From the NCBI GenBank assembly GCA_965242585.1, contig OZ251460.1, forward strand, positions 1,486,692 to 1,550,691: a DNA stretch of 64,000 bases, in the 5' to 3' direction. The DNA comes from Limisphaerales bacterium. GTDB lineage: Bacteria; Verrucomicrobiota; Verrucomicrobiia; Limisphaerales; AAA164-E04. The translations under genes were made by a program, and so were the position numbers. This document shows positions 60,535 to 64,000 of the stretch, one piece after another. Positions within the stretch are counted from its first letter, which is position 1, and each line of letters begins with the position of its first letter. The notes beneath the pieces are model-generated. The model saw only the letters and a program-made list of their open reading frames with translations. It did not search any database and was not told the origin of the DNA.

Positions 60535-61659
60535 ATGAGGGATTCTCGATATGAGAAGTTGGCCGATTTGTTGGTGGACTATTCTGTTGCCTTGAAGAAA
60601 GGCGATTTTGTTTTGATTGACGCTAGCGACGTGCCGGAGGCTTTTACAATTGCTTTGATTCGCGCCGCGCGGAGGCTGGGGGCGATTTCAGTGGTGGAAA
60701 CTCGCAACCCGCGCATTGGTCGGGAGTGTTTGCGTTGGATGACCGAGGCGGAGGCGAAGGTTCTTCGGGATATTGAGCTGCATCGTTTGAAGAAGGTTCA
60801 GGCATATATTGCGGTGCGCGGGGCGTGGAATGCGAATGAGAATGCGGACGTGCCGAGCGAGCGGTTGGCGGAATATTCGCGGACTCTTCGGCCGGCGCAA
60901 AACTATCGGGTGAACAAGACTCGCTGGTGCGTTCTGCGTTGGCCGACGCCGAGTATGGCGCAGGCGGCGGGGATGAGCACGGAGGCGTTTGAGGATTTTT
61001 TCTTCGAGGTTTGCACTTTGGATTATCGGAAGATGGGCAAGGCGATGGCGCCGTTGGTGAAGCGAATGGAAAGGGCGGATCGGGTGCGTTTGAAGGCGCC
61101 GGGGACGGATTTGACGTTCAGCATTCGAGGCATGGGCGCTCAGTCGTGTCCGGGAGACCGCAATATTCCTGATGGGGAGGTGTTTTCCTGTCCGGTGAAG
61201 CGTTCGGTAAACGGCGTCATTCAGTTCAACGCGCCTACTTTGTATTCCGGCACGCGGTTTGAGAATGTGCGGTTGGAGTTTCGGAAGGGGAAGATTGTGG
61301 ATGCGGCGGCGGCGAATCATACGCGGCGGTTGAATGAGATTTTGGATACGGATGCGGGCGCCCGCTATGTGGGCGAATTTTCTTTGGGATTGAATCCAAA
61401 AATTCAAAATCCGATGGGGGATATTCTTTTTGACGAGAAGATTGCCGGTTCCCTGCACTTCACGCCGGGACAAGCTTACAAAGAGTGCGACAACGGAAAC
61501 CGATCGGCGGTGCATTGGGACATGGTGCTAATTCAGCGGCCAGAATGGGGCGGCGGCGAGGTATGGTTTGATAAGACTTTGATTCGAAGGGACGGCCTCT
61601 TTCAACCGAAAGACCTGCAAGGGCTGAACCCCGAAAACCTTGCCGGCAAGAGGGAATGA
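60535..61659 (+). CDS. Aminopeptidase, M29 (AmpS/PepS) family
   Basis: RYEKLADLLVDYSVALKKGDFVLI...EAFTIALIRAARRLGA, then VGEFSLGLNP, LFDEKIAGSLHFTPGQAY and NRSAVHWDMV are typical of thermophilic-metalloprotease M29 enzymes. Met at 60535 is chosen; the ORF opens at 60406. Confidence 0.85.
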   Translation: MRDSRYEKLADLLVDYSVALKKGDFVLIDASDVPEAFTIALIRAARRLGAISVVETRNPRIGRECLRWMTEAEAKVLRDIELHRLKKVQAYIAVRGAWNANENADVPSERLAEYSRTLRPAQNYRVNKTRWCVLRWPTPSMAQAAGMSTEAFEDFFFEVCTLDYRKMGKAMAPLVKRMERADRVRLKAPGTDLTFSIRGMGAQSCPGDRNIPDGEVFSCPVKRSVNGVIQFNAPTLYSGTRFENVRLEFRKGKIVDAAAANHTRRLNEILDTDAGARYVGEFSLGLNPKIQNPMGDILFDEKIAGSLHFTPGQAYKECDNGNRSAVHWDMVLIQRPEWGGGEVWFDKTLIRRDGLFQPKDLQGLNPENLAGKRE

Positions 61660-61777
61660 GGAAGCAACGAGGATCTCTTCTGGCAAGGGCTGGTGTTGAA
61701 AACGGCAAAAATGCGGAATTGTTGCGTTTTTTGCTTGGCAGATTCACTCAGAAGGTGGATTTTGGACTCGGAAGAAG

Positions 61778-62428
61778 GTGACGGCGAAGTTGGGCATTTT
61801 GGGTTCCGGGTCGGGATCCAATATGGCGGCGATTGACGATTGTTGCCGTATGGGAAGGCTGGACGCCGAAGTTGTTTTGGTGTTGAGCGACGTGGAAGAG
61901 ACGGGTATTTTGGTTCGCGCCAAAGAGCGCTCTTTGCCCCATGCCTATATTGATCCCGGAGGATATCGGGCTAAACTGGACGACCGGGCGGAGAAAAAGT
62001 TTATTGATCGATTGAAAACAGCGCAGGTGGATTGGGTGGTTTTGGCCGGCTTTATGCGGATTATTAAGAGCGACTTTCTCAAAGCCTTCCCCGAACGCAT
62101 TGTGAACGTTCATCCCTCTTTGTTGCCCTCTTTTCCCGGCTTGGACGCTACAGCACAAGCTTTGGACTACGGCGCCAAGATGACGGGAACGACCGTTCAC
62201 TTGGTGGACCAAGGCATCGACACCGGAGCTATTGTCGCCCAAGAAGCCGTCTGGATTGAAGAAAACGACACCCCGGAAACGCTTCACGAAAGAATCAAAA
62301 CCGTCGAGCATTGGCTCTATCCTCAAGCATTGGCGGACTTGATCGCCGGACGAATCCAAATCTGCGGGCGCAAAACCTTCCGGCAAGGGAGCCGCTTGGA
62401 AACCGAATTGCATCGGACTCGGCCATGA
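61778..62428 (+). CDS. purN: Phosphoribosylglycinamide formyltransferase
   Basis: Motifs seen: [21 protein letters not shown], the formyltransferase motif [12 protein letters not shown], and [22 protein letters not shown] start. Confidence 0.92.
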   Translation: MTAKLGILGSGSGSNMAAIDDCCRMGRLDAEVVLVLSDVEETGILVRAKERSLPHAYIDPGGYRAKLDDRAEKKFIDRLKTAQVDWVVLAGFMRIIKSDFLKAFPERIVNVHPSLLPSFPGLDATAQALDYGAKMTGTTVHLVDQGIDTGAIVAQEAVWIEENDTPETLHERIKTVEHWLYPQALADLIAGRIQICGRKTFRQGSRLETELHRTRP

Positions 62429-63315
62429 CGACGCAAAAAGACGCTCCGATATTGAGATTGGGACTTCCCAAAGGCAGCTTGCAAGAAGCCGCGCTTGAGA
62501 AGTTGAGCAAGGCGGGATACCACGTTCGGTTAGATGAAAGGTCTTATCTACCGATCGTGGATGATGAGGAGTTGAGCATTCGGCTAATTCGCGCCCAAGA
62601 AATTAGTCGCTACGTCGAGCGCGGCTATTTGGACTGCGGCATCACTGGGAAAGACTGGATTGAAGAAAACGGCTCCAAAGTTCACGAAATTGACGAATTA
62701 CTTTTCAGCAAGGCCACCCGGCAGGCAACGCGATGGGTGCTTGCCGTTCCCCAAAACTCCCCCGTCCAATCCGTCAAAGACTTGGAAGGCAAGCGGATTG
62801 CCACCGAAGCGGTCCTCTTGACGAAAAAATATCTTCGGCGACATCAAGTTCGGGCGGAGGTGGAGTTCTCCTGGGGAGCCACCGAAGTCAAAGCGCACGA
62901 GTGGGTCGATGCCATTGTAGAGATCACTGAAACCGGTTCGTCTCTGCAGGCCAATCACCTGCGCATTGTGGACACGCTTATGAGTTCCACGCCTCGGCTG
63001 ATCGCCAACCACAAGGCTTGGAGCGATGCCTGGAAGCGGTGCAAGATGGAAACCCTCTCCATGCTTTTGCGCGGCGCCATAAACGCTGAAACCAAAGCGG
63101 GCTTGAAACTCAACTTGCCGGAAAAGAATTTGCCAAAATTGTTGCAAAGTTTGCCCGCATTGCGTAATCCAACGGTTTCTCCTCTCAGCCAATCGGGCTG
63201 GGTGGCGGTAGAAACGGTCATTGACGAGCCGGTGGCACGCGAAATTATTCCGCAGCTAAAACAACTTGGCGCTGAAGGAATCATTGAATATCCGTTGAAC
63301 AAAGTAGTATATTAG
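62425..63315 (+). CDS. hisG: ATP phosphoribosyltransferase, long form with C-terminal regulatory domain
   Basis: Motifs seen: [53 protein letters not shown]. The C-terminus is HisG_C-like (VAVETVI...[22 protein letters not shown]). The ATG at 62425 overlaps the purN stop (ATGA), implying translational coupling. Confidence 0.92.
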   Translation: MTTQKDAPILRLGLPKGSLQEAALEKLSKAGYHVRLDERSYLPIVDDEELSIRLIRAQEISRYVERGYLDCGITGKDWIEENGSKVHEIDELLFSKATRQATRWVLAVPQNSPVQSVKDLEGKRIATEAVLLTKKYLRRHQVRAEVEFSWGATEVKAHEWVDAIVEITETGSSLQANHLRIVDTLMSSTPRLIANHKAWSDAWKRCKMETLSMLLRGAINAETKAGLKLNLPEKNLPKLLQSLPALRNPTVSPLSQSGWVAVETVIDEPVAREIIPQLKQLGAEGIIEYPLNKVVY

Positions 63316-63338
63316 CCAGCGACCTAAAGACAAACTTT

Positions 63339-63440
63339 ATGGGATCCTTAAAGAAACGCCGAAAAACTAAGATCAACAAGCATAAACGCCGAAAGAAACT
63401 CCGCGCAAACCGCCATAAGAAGCGCACGTGGCAGAAATAG
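63339..63440 (+). CDS. 33-aa highly basic microprotein, ribosomal bS22 / AURKAIP1-COX24-like
   Basis: [33 protein letters not shown]. The MGS-x-KKRRK...KHK-x-RK pattern matches the small ribosomal protein family described in Actinobacteria and Bacteroidetes as I remember it. It is below the ORF-track cut-off. Confidence 0.6.
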   Translation: MGSLKKRRKTKINKHKRRKKLRANRHKKRTWQK

Positions 63441-63519
63441 CGGCGATGCTCCGAAAGCAAACCAGATCCCCGGATCGGCCGCATCCACCGCTCGATTCTC
63501 TCTTTCCCGTTGCCTAGCC

Positions 63520-64000
63520 ATGAAACGCCAAAGAATGCTCTCCACGTTGACCGTTGCCGCGTTGCTCCTCCTCGGCGCCAAACGGCAAGTTGCCCTTGCT
63601 CAATCCCCGACGCCGGAGGAAGAACCTCGTCCTTCGCGCCACCATTCGGCAGACGCCAGCCAGAGACGCATCCAATCCAACGCTCGTTACGCTGCGGGAA
63701 TCCTCTTCCACGCCAAAGGCAACCTCCACGCAGCCGTCAAAGAACTTCTCTCGGCCGTGGACGCAGACCCGGAAAATACGGCGCTCAAACTCCAAGTTGC
63801 CCAAAAACTCCTCGAATGGAAAATGCCCTTGCCCGCTCTAAAATCGCTTGAGACGTCGGCTTGGCCAAAGACCCCGCCCGCGGAGTTTTTCTTGCGGAAA
63901 GCGGAAGCTCTGCGCGCATTGGGCGAAGAATCCAAAGCCCGCGCCGCCTTTGCCCAAGCCCTTGAAACTTCACCCGGGAACATGCAAGCCAGAAGGGAAC
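63520..64000 (+). CDS. Secreted TPR-like protein (5' part; runs off the window)
   Basis: The ATG at 63520 gives MKRQRMLSTLTVAALLLLGAKRQVALAQS (signal peptide). This is followed by helical-repeat sequence (ARYAAGILFHAKGNLHAAVKELLSAVDADPEN...RKAEALRALGEESKARAAFAQALETSPGN). The frame is open to the window end and is absent from the ORF track for that reason. Confidence 0.6.
   Translation, partial: MKRQRMLSTLTVAALLLLGAKRQVALAQSPTPEEEPRPSRHHSADASQRRIQSNARYAAGILFHAKGNLHAAVKELLSAVDADPENTALKLQVAQKLLEWKMPLPALKSLETSAWPKTPPAEFFLRKAEALRALGEESKARAAFAQALETSPGNMQARRE

Noticed and set aside
60688-62413. Minus-strand ORFs of 275 aa (60688-61515) and 221 aa (61748-62413)
   Set aside because: They are antisense to the M29 aminopeptidase and purN, and their translations are low-complexity R/H/P-rich.

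Overview
This is a 64-kb chromosomal segment that looks like a PVC-superphylum (Verrucomicrobiota-like) genome. That assignment is an inference from two PEP-CTERM proteins, a DUF1559/H-X9-DG pseudopilin, an ASPIC/UnbV FG-GAP protein next to a multihaem-TPR protein, and Tat-signal TIM-barrel isomerases. Well-supported housekeeping genes are tRNA-Met, hemB, fdhD, mfd, uvrC, thiC, nrdJ, lptD, an M29 aminopeptidase, purN-hisG and a bS22-like microprotein. They are interspersed with very large secreted proteins. Main observations: (1) Two paralogous giants (1157 aa and 2783 aa) are built from a 47-aa WSDGTTMWVAD...KIYAY repeat that I cannot assign to a named family. The repeat is always grouped in fives and alternates with cadherin-like beta-sandwich domains. 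(2) Both PEP-CTERM paralogues are split between signal peptide and mature part by a poly-G tract (13 G and 8 G, each one base out of frame). This is the arrangement expected for slipped-strand phase switches. (3) Five unrelated secreted proteins end in a similar ~70-90 aa tail finishing in F-[FYLV]-R-[LVA]-x3-4, a possible uncharacterised sorting or anchoring tag. (4) A pseudopilin-linked operon encodes a three-domain surface protein carrying ten copies of a 24-bp repeat that encodes HDHEGEDG. (5) Two restriction-type genes are present: a GmrSD-like enzyme in an AT-rich pocket and a beta-class MTase fused to an Mrr-like nuclease fold. (6) The multihaem-TPR gene has an in-frame TGA in its apparent N-terminal extension. 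(7) An LRR/Calx-beta/GLUG adhesin gene is heavily decayed. No CRISPR array, rRNA, transposase or integrase was seen. All calls come from reading the ORF translations and sequence by eye; no searches were run.
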